A stretch of 64,000 nt of DNA, taken from NCBI GenBank assembly GCA_904063045.1, contig CAJFCJ010000017.1, forward strand, positions 1 through 64,000, read 5' to 3'. The notes beneath the pieces are model-generated. The model worked only from the letters and a program-made list of their open reading frames with translations, was not told the DNA's origin and made no database searches. Source of the DNA: Dimorphilus gyrociliatus. Lineage: Eukaryota > Animalia > Annelida. The position numbers were made by a program, and so were the translations under genes. Shown here piece after piece: positions 1 to 13,281 of this stretch (its first letter is position 1; the number at the start of each line of letters is the position of its first letter).

Positions 1-861
1 CAATCGAGTTTATCCTATTGAATGACAGATCCAATAGTATTAAATTTGTTAAATTGGCAAAAGTATTGCGGAGAAGGTGAGAGATATTATTGGCTCGAAG
101 GCAAAGATGCTGAAGTGATAGGAATGCGTTGAAATAGCCTGTTTCAATTCGATTGATAAGGCTATATGTAAGATTGAAAATTCGTAGACGCTGCTTAAAT
201 TCAAAAGACGGTAACTGATAAAGATTGCTATAGGAAATATCCAGATAGATAAGGGAAGATGAAAATTGAATGTTGGAAGGATATGATAGATTCAATTTCG
301 TCAGAATGATAATTTTAAAACCATCAAAATTTTGAATGGAATTTAATCCGTTACATTCAATAATTTCTGGATTATTGCATTTACATTTCCGCTCATAGAA
401 ACAGGAATTATTCGATTTTTCGCATAATTTCTCATCATCTCCTTCGAGACAGTCGATAATTCCGTCACAAATTTTTTCTTTCCTCAAAAATACCTTTTCT
501 TTTCGGCACATGAAAAAACCGGAAGGATAGAAATAATCTATTTATTCGTTAGTTAGTTGGTTTGTTGTTTGTTTGTTTCGTTGCCAATAGTTACAACATA
601 CCGCAACCTCTTTCGTCATCTCCATAAGGGCAATGGCCAACTTTATCGCATACTTCTTTAATATCAATACAAAAGTGAACTCGTGCGCATTTCATTTGAC
701 CATGTTGGCACTGTACGCTTCCGTCACAATTATAACTGTACTCGTAGACACTAGCAAGTCTAAACAATTCATCGTAATATAATATACATGGTTTTATTCC
801 TTTCTTCAGAAATACTTCGAATTTATCTGCAATGTTGGTGAATGTGAGAAGGAAGGAGAGA

Positions 862-910
<49 letters not shown>

Positions 911-3900
911 CAGAGAGAGACATCCAAACCTTGTACAGTTGGAAATGTATTTACAATAGGATTTAAGTCATTTTCAAACTCCCATATATTATAGATAGAT
1001 ATTGCCTTTATAAAGTAAAAATAGAAAGAATCAACGTGTTCATTTAACGTAGGAAAATTGTATTATCTTCATCAGACCATTGCTACTTTATTCTCCTCAT
1101 CCAACGCATTGAAACAGTCTACTCTATGATTATTTTCCATGAATCGAGGAAGACAATCCTCGCATATTTGATCTTCTCTGCAGCCTATTGACAGAAAATT
1201 CAAGAGTTATTTTAAGAGGTGAAGATAAAGAATGAATGGGAGAAGAAACCATTTAAACATTCTTCGTCGTTTAGGTCAATACACTGTCGTTTATTATCAC
1301 ATAAATCAGCGGAAACCCGTCTAGTTCCTATCAAACAACTGGCTTGTAAATTTGAATTTTCTATTGGAAAACCACAAAACTTTATCTAATTAAATAAACG
1401 AATAAACAAACAAAACTCGACCTTCTTGGAGGCAGAATATCTCATCGGAATTGTCATTATCTAAACAATCTTGAACCTGATTACAAATCATGGAGGGATG
1501 TAATATTTTTGAAGAATGAAGGCATCGTATTGGCGTTAATTGAGTACAATTAAATTCATCTCGATTGTCAAAACAATCAAATTCAATACTATTACAGACG
1601 TGAATTTTTGAAATGTAATAAACGCTTCGACGATAAATGCATTCAAAAGTAGAATTACGTAATGGTAAAAATTTGGTCAAGTTGTTTGAATAAGAGTTCA
1701 AATTCAGTTGATTTATCAATTTTTCAACAGAAATTGACGAATTTTTCTCTTCAAAAAAACAATCGAAAGTTGAGTGAAAAAGATAAAAAGAGATTGGTTT
1801 TTCAACCTAGAATTTCCTTTTCGCAAAATAGATATTCAATTTCCTGTTCATCTTGACAGTTTAAAGAAAAACCATAGAAATTAATTTGTCCGTGTCGTCT
1901 AAGCAGAAGACATTTCTTGGACGAAAAATCAATGGCAGTCATCTCGGTAATATTTACATTCCAAGGATTTGAGATATAAATTTTCTAGAAATGATGAACG
2001 GGTAGATAGATAGATAGATGAATGCATGAATTGATCATTTGAAAAATTCGTACTTCACTTATGTAAATGAACTCCATTGACAACACTTCAAAAGGAATAT
2101 TCCTATAGTTGTATGATAATTTCCGATCGCCTCTTCGAAATAGATTCCCTCTGTTTAGGCCTATTTTTATTTGTATCAATAAAGTTTACGATTGGCATTT
2201 GACAACTTGATCGAACCTATTGGTAACGTCCAATTCGGTTTGAAAAATGGTTCTGTACGACTCAACAGTGTTGGTTTGATAGAATAAAGGATATTTTCAA
2301 TAAACATTGCCTCGAATTGAGAGGAAACCGCAAGAGGTTTCAATTGATTCTTCCTGCAAAAATCAGCGTAATTTTTCAGTTTTACTTTCTCTTTTAAATC
2401 AAAGAAATAATAGCAAATATAGTTTTGGGAAAAAATCAAATAATCACTAATCCCTCTAACTCTTTGACAATCTGTTGAGAAGAAGAACAAGAAGAAGGGA
2501 AACTGTATTAACTAGTTGGAAAATAACAAAGAAACAAACCAGTTTTTTCAGATTTTGAACACTTGATCATAACATTTGGTTGGGCGAAATGAATCGACTC
2601 GCCCACTTTAGATAGCCGACACATTTTGAATTGAGAAGCCTTTGGCCCGCATTCTAATAGAACTAACGATGGATAAAGTTTATCTTGAGGGTAATTGTCG
2701 TCAAGGACAAGTCCATTAGAATATCCGTATTCCTCACACAAAATCTGTTTGTTTATTCATAGTTGAAGCTCAACGAAATTTGAAATTGTACGAATGAAGA
2801 AAGATACATTTGCCTCTCTTTTCCCAAAAAATCGACTGGATATACGATAACGTTGGCTGTTCTGTTGAGTTAGCACTTGTGGTTCAATGATTAACTCGAT
2901 GGAAGGCGAAACTGTCGTTGGTTGTATTAAATCTATTGGGAAGAGAAAAGTTCCTCAAACCACACGTATCGCAGAAAGCAGCTTCTACCCACAAAAATTC
3001 CTTACAATCTCCTTCTTAAATAGATCTTGTTCAACGCATTGAACAAGTATAGAGAGATGATGCTTGAAGGAAAATTGCATTAAGGGATACTGGCAAAGCG
3101 ATAAAGTTGAACTAGACGAATCGCACGAGATTACTGGAACCTCACTCCAAGCGAAAACCAACGTCCATACCCTCCAACTGAATTTCATTCTTTGCCAGTT
3201 ATGTATAGGGAAAGGTAAGAAATCTTTACCAAAATGCTTGCATACCGCTCTTGCGCTGATCGTATAGTCTCTTATTGAATTTAATTGAAAAATTAGAGGG
3301 ATACTTTCCGAGTAGCTGATATTAATCATTGGCCGTAGAATGTTAGTTTGGCTATTATTCACCTTTGTCAGGTAGACGTTTGTCAAATTAAGTGTAACAG
3401 CTTTGTTAATCTGTAAAGATAGTTAGTATAGAGAGAGAGAGAGAGAGAAATTCTTCTAATAGATTACAATTGGAAACTTTCCTTTCTTCTTTTGCAGTTC
3501 ACAGATATCTTCAGCTTTACATCGGTTATTAACTTCTTGAAAATCCATAACATCTTCGTAATGATTAACATGAATGATTCGGTGACAAATTGACTTTTTA
3601 ACGGTTTCATTCAAAGAGCATATTTGCGTCATTTCTCCTCCTTTTAGTTGATAGATTCCATTGAAACTATTACCGACAATGATATAATCTATATTTAGAG
3701 GAAGAGAAATGAACAAGAAACAGAATAGGAAGAGAGCAATGTATTTTTACGGGATTGATTCCTTCTTAAGCATTTTAAACAAATGGTAAAAGAGCGATCT
3801 TCGTCCTTAAAGATATCTCTATAATTTTGTTCATTCTTAGAAATGGTGCTAAACGCACACTTGGTAGGCGTTTCACAAATTAAAATGGCTGAATTATTAT

Positions 3901-4201
3901 CATGAGCATTTTCATTGAAACAGTAGGAAAGTTGAAAGAAAATGTTCAAATATCCCATATTTTTGCAAAGATAACTTCCTATATTCTTTGTTAATACAGA
4001 TCCATAATTTTTAATAAATATATCTCTATTATTGTCGTTCTTAAACACTATATAACCGGAAACTTGAAATTGATTTGAAGAGGAATCTTCCTCAATTCTA
4101 AACTTTCCATCGTAATTCTCAAAGTTAAAAAGTTCGATAGACCAACTTTTCCTCATTGTATAGGAAACCGTCAAAATGAGAAAAGTCCATCTATTCGCCA
4201 T
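1..4201 (-). CDS. GRL101-like mosaic receptor 1 (signal peptide, SRCR-like domains, C-type lectin, several LDLa, LRR); multi-exon, 3' end runs off the left edge
   Basis: ATG at 4201 (MANRWTFLILTVSY). Exons join in frame through SRCR-like RFFGKREAN|ILCEEYGY, CTL-like ICYYFF...FCRKNQLKPL...WTLPIGLN...FCEKE, and LDLa motifs CDKVGHCPYGDDERGC and CDGIIDCLEGDDEKLC. An exon from about 538 to <1, absent from the ORF track, reads LRRs (LQHLCLRANNISHL...LILLDLSFNRI). The 7TM part is not in the window and is inferred from the adjacent paralog. Confidence 0.88.
864..920. repeat. (GA)n microsatellite, intronic; representative of many (e.g. 7361-7389, 10755-10786, 12240-12272, 36726-36796, 57745-57763)
   Basis: Directly visible dinucleotide run. 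It generates spurious SLSLSL/ERERE ORFs. Confidence 0.95.
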
Positions 4202-4930
4202 TGGAGGAAAGAGAGAGAGAGAGAGAGTTCGACGAATAGATAGATGTTTGGAAGATTAATTGACTCTTGAGAAGAGAATGCTAACAAAAGAAGCAATTAA
4301 TTTTGAACGAGTTGTATTTCTTAATACGAAATATAGAAGAAATTGGATCGAATTGATTAAATAGTTTATTCAAGATCGATAAAATTGAATAGTAATTGAA
4401 TAATTTTGAAGAAATTTTCTAACAAAATTACCAAAGTGGAGAATATCATTCTTCTTAGCTGTTATCTTGTTATTGTAAATGAAATCTATGCATAGGAAAT
4501 ATTGAAATTTCCCTTTCGATTTCTGATTTGGAGAAGAGAGATAAAAGTAGAAGATTAGTTAGTTTGTTAATATTTGTTATACTTTAACAGAGATTTTATT
4601 TGAGTCGATCTTCTCTGCAAAGCATAAATGATGCGAATGAATAGAAGCGATAGCGTTCATAACATCTTTAAATACAAAACACCAATTTGCTATCAAATCC
4701 CTTTCTAATTCAATAGTGTATTTTTGCAGAAACTGCTCATCTTTTAACAAGTATTTTTTCCATTTAAAATTGAATTTCTCCTGATTTAAAATCATTTTCA
4801 AGGCTAAAAGGGAAGGGAATGGAAGGGAAGAGAGAAGAAGAGGAGGATAAGTAATCACTTTTAAAAGTTTCTCTTACCAGCATTAGTGTTGACAGTTTCG
4901 TTCAGCCTCTTTATTCTACGACGACATGGA

Positions 4931-7355
4931 CTAAATGAATGAGATGCGTAGGCGAATGTACAGAATGTACCTGGCTTTTTTAACGTACGCACGAAATAAT
5001 CTCTTACCATCAATTAGAAAGAATATAAACGGATTAGCATAGCTTTTGAACGGTAAAAAGAATAAGCATATCCATAGTTTCGCCTTATACGATAGATTGT
5101 TAGCTGATTTGAATGACGATTGCGAAAGAGTGCATAGGCTGAAAATTGAGATAATGAACAATGTTACGAAATTATTCAAGAACATAAGGAATGGCCATTG
5201 GAGTAAATGTTTCGCATTCAAACTGTTTTTCCTACTCAAATATCTAAAGAGTTGATATAGAAAATGCAATGCAATAACAATCATTGAAGAAAATGGTAAG
5301 AGACTATTCGCAAGCATTACGTAAACGTTGATAATTAATGAATCGCTCTCGTTTGAAAATATAAAGTTTGAAAAGGGAATTAGAGAAGAAGACGACGACG
5401 TTCGTTTCGGAAAAGAATCCTAAACAGAGTAGAGGAAATTAGAAGAAAGTAGAGAGAAGGAGATATTGTAAAACTTACATTGAAAACGAAAACTGGTAGA
5501 ATCGATAGCAAGATTGAACACATTAGCAGAAATAAAAGAATAAAAATTAATCTTCTTGTAAAATGCTGTTGAAATCTTGCAGAGGAAAATTGATAATTCC
5601 AGAATAGACAGTTGGTAGAGAAGATATTGTTGATATAGGCAGCTGGAAAGACTACTCTTAAGAGTTTGTAAAGTAGACTTCCCTTCCAATCTTCTTCGTA
5701 TGATATAAATTGATTCTCGTAGTAAAAGTTTACTATAAGAAAACTTTGAATAGAGATAACAATAAGGAAATCAGTTGAAAAGATAACGATTTCATCGTAA
5801 AACTTGTAACTTTCTCTCAACACAAGAGCCACGATTATAAAACTAATTAAAGCAATAGAGAATAGAATTATTAGAATAAAAGAGAGATTAATTAGAAATG
5901 TTGAATTAATGAGATAATCGCAAGTATTGATATCCTTTAATCTAAACGAACAGTATGATAAATCTGTTATAGTTTTCCACGCAAAACAGCAATGATGCTT
6001 GTTAGACGTCGATAAATTTTCCAGATTTTTCAAATAGTTCAATAGAATAAATTGATCTTTCCTTGAATTTTTCAACGTTGTTTGTAGAACAACGAGATTC
6101 TTAAGCGACGAAAGATTCCTAAACGAATTGTAACGTATAAAGATCAAAGGTATGTTTGTCATTTTCAACGTAATCAATTTGGTCATCGATCCGAATAGAT
6201 TATAGTTAAAGTATTGTAATTTCGTATACGAAATATCCAATTGGATTAGCTCTGTTAAACGGCTAAAAGCGTTACTTTTGATAAGCTCCAATAGATTCTC
6301 GCTAAGATTCAACTGTAATAGGCCTTTTTGAAAATGAAAATCGTATTCGTCAATCAATTTTAGAGCATTTCTACTAAGATCAATAAATCGTAGATTTATG
6401 AATAATTTAAAATTTGGTACTCTTTTCAAAAATCCATTTGATAAATCGACAAAAACAATTTGATTGAAAGAGTAGAAAATCAAATATGGAAATTGAACAA
6501 GTTTTTCGAATTTCACGTATTTTGAATAGATTCTAGAGTTTAAGAATTTCAAATTTTCTCTTCTTCCTTCTCCTTCTTCGAATACGCAATACAATCTCAA
6601 AGGCTGAGAACAAGAACACATTTCGGGACAACTGGTGATCTGTTTACAAGACAGTTCGTCGTCTCCTTTTGGACAGTTGATACGGCCGTCGCAAATTTTA
6701 TTAAAGCCAATGAACTTTCTCCAATTACGGCATTTATAATAGAATGGAATGGTAAAGTTGCTCGCTTGAAGGAAGAGAAAACAAAAGAGAACAAAGCCTA
6801 TATATTATATTCGGTTCTATAGTATTAGTATAATTACCGCATCCTATTTCGTCATCTCCGTAACGGCAGTCAATAAATCCATCGCAATAATTAATCGACT
6901 CTATACAATATGTAGAGTATTTACACTTGTACTTTCCATAGCCGCATTTATAGTTGTCTAGGAAATTCCAACAGTATGTATTCTCTTTGTAAATCCGATT
7001 AAAAGATTCTAATTGGATGCCAAAATCATTGTATTTCAATGTACACTCTTCATTCTTCAATCTTATACAATATTCATTCATATCTAATGAACAATTCACT
7101 TTCTCTTCCTCCTCCTCCGACGACGACTCTCTCTTCTTCTCTTCCGTTTTCTTTGAACAAATTTTAAACATCTAATATTAGAACAACAACAATAAAATTT
7201 TTAGTTGCTTTTGAAAGTATCTATACAGATTTTTCATCCGACAGATCAAAACAGTCTCTTCTTCCATTATTCAATTCATCAAAAGAGATACATTGTCCAT
7301 TTTCGCATTTTCTATCGTTATTCGACTTATTTGAAAGCAATTTTAAGCAATAAAG

Positions 7356-7392
<37 letters not shown>

Positions 7393-10300
7393 ACAGAGAC
7401 AGACAGGCACACAGACGAATAGGCATAGAAAGAGAAATATACTAAAAAGTCATAATTACACTTGATTCTTTTCGCAATTGTAATCTTACTTCGATGAATG
7501 AGAAGAACAACAAGAGTGAAAGTAGAACTGTTTGATCAATGGAGTAATAGAAAGCAAATAATTGACAAACCACATAAATTCTCATCCAATCCATTAGAAC
7601 AGTCTTTAATTGCATCGCAAACCAAAAGATAGCTAATTAAAGTATTATCGTCGCATTGAAATAGACGACTTTCTGAACAATTCAATTCGTCAGCTCCGTT
7701 CAAACAATCTTGAAAACCATCGCATTTATAATTAATGTGAATGCAGGATGGTTCATCTAGACAAGTGAACATAGTCAATTCGTCGCAAACTCTCTCTCTA
7801 CCATTCATCACCAAAGAGAAATTTGGACCAACTTTTTCCAATTTACCTAAAGAATTGAACAGAATAAAAAAAATATGTCTAATCAGCAAAATCAATTTCA
7901 ATCATCTACTTAGTGAAGTTTGACACATAAAACTGGTAAAGATTTTATGAGAGCAGAGAACGCGATGGAGAATTTGTAATTGATTGTTTACGAAAACTGT
8001 TAGAGTAGTATTTGTTTGTATTTGTTTATGAACAAATGAAAGGTAAGTGTACAACCTTTATCTAGAATTACTTTTCGGCAAACAAACATGTTTCCATCAA
8101 TTACCAGTTTATTCCTATTTTTGAAAAGAAAAGGAAACTATAAGAGAGAAGGGAAGAACCTTGATTAATGAAATGAGAAAAATGCTTACCTGAAATTCTT
8201 CCCAGTCATTGTACAAGGTAGACTTTTTGTCAGTTGGTCCAAATGCATATTATTGCTTGTGAGTTTACTTACAATTTCGTTCATTTTACTGACTTTTAAC
8301 TCTGGAAAAGGTGTTGAATTTATAATATTCAACGCATTCTTTACCGTTAGGTGTAGGGTATAAAACAAAATTTCTTATCTATTCACCTACTGCAATATCC
8401 AATAAACGTGGAAAAATACTGAATAGGAAGTGAATGTTGTGAAATCTGGCACCGACTCCGAGCAAATCTAATCCGAGAGAATCACATTCTTCTTTCACCT
8501 CTTTCCACGAGACTTTTTTAGCGGGATGAATATGATAGAAACATTCCTGAAAAACTCGATACAAGTGAACTTTTGTTCGATTATTGAAGATTGTAGGACA
8601 ATCTAAAGAGAAACAAAGAAGCATTGCACTCTAAAAAGTTATTGAAAAGAGTTTTCAACCTGTTTTCGTATTCTTTAAGCATTCCATAATGACATGAGAG
8701 GTTGGTATATTATATAAATGCATACCGGTATTATCCATTCGGCAATCCTTTAATGTTTGAGAAGATTTACAATCGAGACTTAGCAATACCTTTCTAGGAT
8801 GATATTCAACGTATGCAGGATCAAACAACTGGGAAAAGTTATAACCAAATTCCTTGCAAATAAGCTTGGATTGGATTTAAATGAAAAAAAAAAAAGGAAA
8901 ATTACAATTGTATTATAGAGATTGATGACGACCTACTCGAGATTCCGCTTGTCCAAATCGCCAGTTGGACACGTAGAACCAATCGTTTCGAAAAGAAACT
9001 TGTAAGCGTCCAAAGTAAGAACTATTGTTGGGAGTATACCGTATATATTGTTGATTGACCCACAAGTCGACATTCTCCAACCGAAATTGATAGTCTTTAA
9101 CAAGTGAAAAAAGATTAGGCGATGGAAAGAAGATTTGAATAAGAAACCTGGTAAAGGGGTTAACTTTTCTCCGCATTTATTAATGAGTACACGGACATCG
9201 TTTGAGAAAATAAGAAAGGCACGTTCAGTTTTAAAGTTGCAATCGGACAATTGTTGAGCGTTTGTCCGACAGTTGATAAGCAGAACTGTTGAACTGTGAT
9301 TGAAAGCGGAAGATACGAAATTCCTAAATATGTGTCGTAGTCCTTCATGAAATTGATTTCGGCTAATCGACGTTATAGTGCGATTGAAATACAAACAGAC
9401 TAAATGAGAATACGCTTCAAGCTGTTGAGGAGTTGCTTTGGTTGTGTAAACTGGAATAAAAGATTTCCCATCCTCATAGCTTTTTAATAATCCAAATACT
9501 TCTGTACCCGGATCGGCAATTGACCCACCGGAATGTAAACTCAGAGCGGTAAAATCGTCCTCTTTATTTTTACTGCAAAATACTGGATAGCAGGTTGTTT
9601 GGGATGAATTTTTGGAGAATATTCCCTTACGTATATTCTCCCAGTAGATGAATTTATTGGCAAATTTTCCAACGTACTCTCCCAATTTCATACGATAATA
9701 GTTTCTACAGTCGACGTACAATGTCCTCTCTCGGTGGCAGACGACGTAGGAAGTCTTATTAAATCGTAGATATAGACGATTATATTGATGAAGAGAATCC
9801 GTACTATCGGCAATATACTCATCTGCATTTTTTTGGAGAAACGATTAAAGATAACAAAACTGATGGGAAATGATAAAATGCTCATATACAGGATATATTG
9901 AACAGAGAGCAGCTTAAACACATTTGTTCAAATGTACCCAGGAAACCATCATTGTTATAGGTGAATTTACACGTTTTCCATTCAGCACAGGCTATTGTTG
10001 AAATATATTCATCTGAAATAAATTTCTTATTCTCATAGGTAATAAGGAAAAGCTATGATAAATCTTACTAATATAATCACCACCATTACAAGTAAGCATG
10101 ACGGCGTTGAATTCGTCAAAATCCTTATCTTGACCGCATAAGAAAGAAGAGGCGTAAATATTTTCAATTATATCCTTTGAATAATCCAACGTAATTATAA
10201 AACCCTTTTGCGACATGTCGTCAAGATTGTATACGTTATCTAGGAAGGCGTAGACCATAGGAGCAACACTGACAATATTCTCGTACACTTTAATTCGTTC

Positions 10301-10426
10301 TAAACCTATAGACGGATTAGTTAGTTCTCTAGTGGGATTATCATAACCGTATTCGTAGTAATTTCCATTGTTCCCTTTAGCCAAATAGTTAAGATAGAGA
10401 ACTAGATATGAGATCTTTCCCTCCAT
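4931..10426 (-). CDS. GRL101-like mosaic GPCR 2 (SRCR-like, C-type lectin, LDLa repeats, LRR, hinge, divergent 7TM); multi-exon
   Basis: Probable ATG at 10426 (MEGKISYLVLYLNYLAKG). SRCR start YFGRLQVSFRNDWFYVSNWRFGQAESR|LICKEFGY; CTL CFYHIHPAKKVSWKEVKEECDSLGLDL; LDLa motifs CDGFQDCLNGADELNC, CDAIKDCSNGLDENLC and CDGFIDCRYGDDEIGC; LRRs in 5900-6550; hinge HHCCF...INTCDYLI. An intron at 5478-5420 joins to the last exon, which carries TM5-7 (LWICLFFLPFKSYANPFIF). Stop at 4931. Confidence 0.9.
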
Positions 10427-10746
10427 CAAACGATCATTCCACAAATCGAACTGGTGATATGTCTAATTAGCTAAGTGAAAAGTAACACTGTAAAGAAGAG
10501 AGGGAAAGGGAACGAGACTCGAAACTTTAGGGATATTTTAATAATAAAAGAAGAATATAGGCTTAATTGATTGTAGATACTTTCGAAGATGAGAAGATGA
10601 AATATCAGAATGATTTACTGAAAAGATTAATTTTGAACTATCGAATGAATTAATTAAATTTTCAATTAAAAGCAATTGTAACAGAGCCTACGCACTTTTT
10701 TGGTCGATTATACAAAAGAGGGCGTTGTAGATAATCTAGAATAAAT

Positions 10747-10789
<43 letters not shown>

Positions 10790-12236
10790 TATATTGTAAT
10801 ATACAATTTATACTGTATATACAGCAGGTATACGCAAAGGTAATAGTTAGTTAATCGCTAGTTTTGTTAATGAATATTCAAGGAAGAAAGGAAGAGAAGA
10901 GAAATTTACTTAATAAAGACGATTAATGTTAGATTGAAAAAGTGGGGCAATTTAATTAATTAATAAGGTTGATTTAAGAAAACAACAAGAACTTTTAAAA
11001 GAACAACATTTAACCAAGAAATTATCTGTTCATAATAAGAAATTGTTCAAATAAATGACACGATTCTCAAGGTTAACTTTTAGTCGGTCGATTACTAAAA
11101 TATTCAAGCAAATTCTTTGTATATTCATAGGGAATTGTTAAAAAAAGAGACATGACAATGACCTCTGCTTTCCACAAGTCTAAAGGAACGGAGGAGGACG
11201 CCAGCTATTGTAGAAGCGTTAAAAAGTAGAGAAAAGTCTTCCATACGAGCCTATTTACTCTGTTTGATGGCCATCGGTTATGCATGATCATAACCGAATG
11301 AATAAGAGAATAGCAATCATAAACAGAAACAAAAAAATAATAAACAAATAATAGTCTAATAACATTAAAGATTAAGTGTTGATCATTAATTAGTTGAACG
11401 ACAATAGAGAGATGCTCGAAGAGACGCCTCAAAGTTACCCGTTAAAAAATTAATAATAGTCTAAATCGATAAAAGTTTTAACGTTGTTGATTTAACGCAT
11501 ATAAAAGTTATTGTATAGTTTTCGATCAATTTTTAGCCGTAACCTTTATATATTAAAATTGAATTTATTCTATAAAAGATTTCCACCCCTTTACTCCGCA
11601 AATGCATATTCAAAAAGGCCTCAGTTTATTAATTAATCGACTTTGAATTATTCGAATAATTTACCTGATTCTATTATCTGTTTACTTGTTTAATTGTGCA
11701 AACACAGCAATGACGGAGAAGAGAAGGGGAAAATAAAAAGAAAACTAGTGCCTGGATCATTGCTTTTTATATCGTTCTTTTTAGGTTGTTGACGAAGAAT
11801 TAGATGGATAGATGGATAGGTAAAGAAGAGAAGGTTAGTTACCTAGAATTTTCCTATTGTTCACGTCCATCTAAACTAATAATTGGCACGTGAATTTTTT
11901 AAAACGTTTCAATAATTTTCAATGCTTAGTTTATTAATAAATTCTTTTCTTTTTATTTCATTTCGCCTGTTTATCCCTGAAACTATTGCAATTCCTACTT
12001 TTTCACCCTTCTCTCTTATCTATTATTACTCAAACTTTATTGGAAAATACCTCAAGTTAAGGTAAACGCCCTATAGAAACTAACGTTAGACTATTGGTGG
12101 TTTTCTTCTTTAAACACTTTTTAAAAAACATGTGGTTGGTTGTAATAACAATAAATAAATGCTTAACAGCCAATTTGTTTAAATTAATTCCTATAATTCA
12201 ATATTTTAATCGGCCTTATTCCTGCCTGTTTTACCT

Positions 12237-12275
<39 letters not shown>

Positions 12276-13281
12276 TTAGGTATTTCAAAGGGTTCTGTGG
12301 CCAGTGAATTCATTAAATAGTTAGAGGACAAATGAAGCCGATAGTCTGTACGGGTCGTATTTATCGGTTTTTTAATTGTATACTGTATAGCCTGTAGATA
12401 GTTACAGTATTCATTATGTCAATTAGTTGATAGTAACCTATTGGTTCCCGATATCAGTCTTTGTTGTCAATTTCAATGTGTAGTTATGTAGTATATATTT
12501 ATCTCCTCAATTTCTTTACCCTAACCCTAACGTCTTTGCCCTCCAGCATCGATCATCATTCAACTTTAATAGTTTTGAATTAATCTATTATTTCTGAGAT
12601 AATGATGAATCTATAATATCTTAAAAACTTTTCATTCAAAGCAAATTCTTTCTATTCTTTAAAGTAGACAAAACAAAGTTTCTTTTGTGCAATTTTCATA
12701 AATTTTCAATTATAAACGCCTCGCTGCTGCTATTTACCTTTAAAAAGACATGACTCTGTTGCATGTCTATTTGTGCGGGATTGTAATGGTAGGGGTGGTG
12801 GTGGTGATGATGAAATTGAAGATCAGGCTTTGAAGTGTGTCCCCTCTTCTTTCCCAATCATTAAAGTAAATGTAACAAGATTGTTTGTTTGTTTGTTTGT
12901 TTGTTTGTTTAATAGACTAAATTAGAATTATATTGATTTATTGAAGAAAGACTTTGACATAGAGTTATCATATCTTATCACATAAATTTCGTAAGACAAT
13001 AAGTATTTTCGGTCTTTTTGCAAATCTTCTAAAGAAAAAACAATCACATAAAAAAGGTAGAAAAATGTTAAAAATAAACAATATAATAGATTGATCATTC
13101 ATCTACAGTTCCCTCTTCCAGGTGAGAAAGAAGGGTTGAGAATGATAATGTGTTCTTGGAGAAGAATTTGAAATTTTCTAAAGGAAGAAAGTTACAATAG
13201 ATAATACGAAAATGCAAGAATAAATATAAAAGGTGTGCAGTTTCTTTATGTTCTTCTGTCGTCAATAATTCGGTTTAAATC

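Noticed and set aside
591-923. SLSLSL/ERERER/CVCVC-type ORF starts and ORFs (also 7205-7465, 7221-7412, 18715-18951, 20824-21084, 36491-36918, 61529-61804)
   Set aside because: Translations of (TC)n/(GA)n/(TG)n microsatellites; only the parts downstream of real acceptors are coding.
11274-11297. Perfect 9-bp hairpin TCGGTTATG-catgat-CATAACCGA
   Set aside because: A rough estimate gives one or more such stems by chance in 64 kb; there is no U-tract, miRNA-length stem or repeat family.
12519-12530. CCCTAACCCTAA, two telomeric hexamers
   Set aside because: Only two units; expected by chance and resembles branch-point-like CTAAC sequence.
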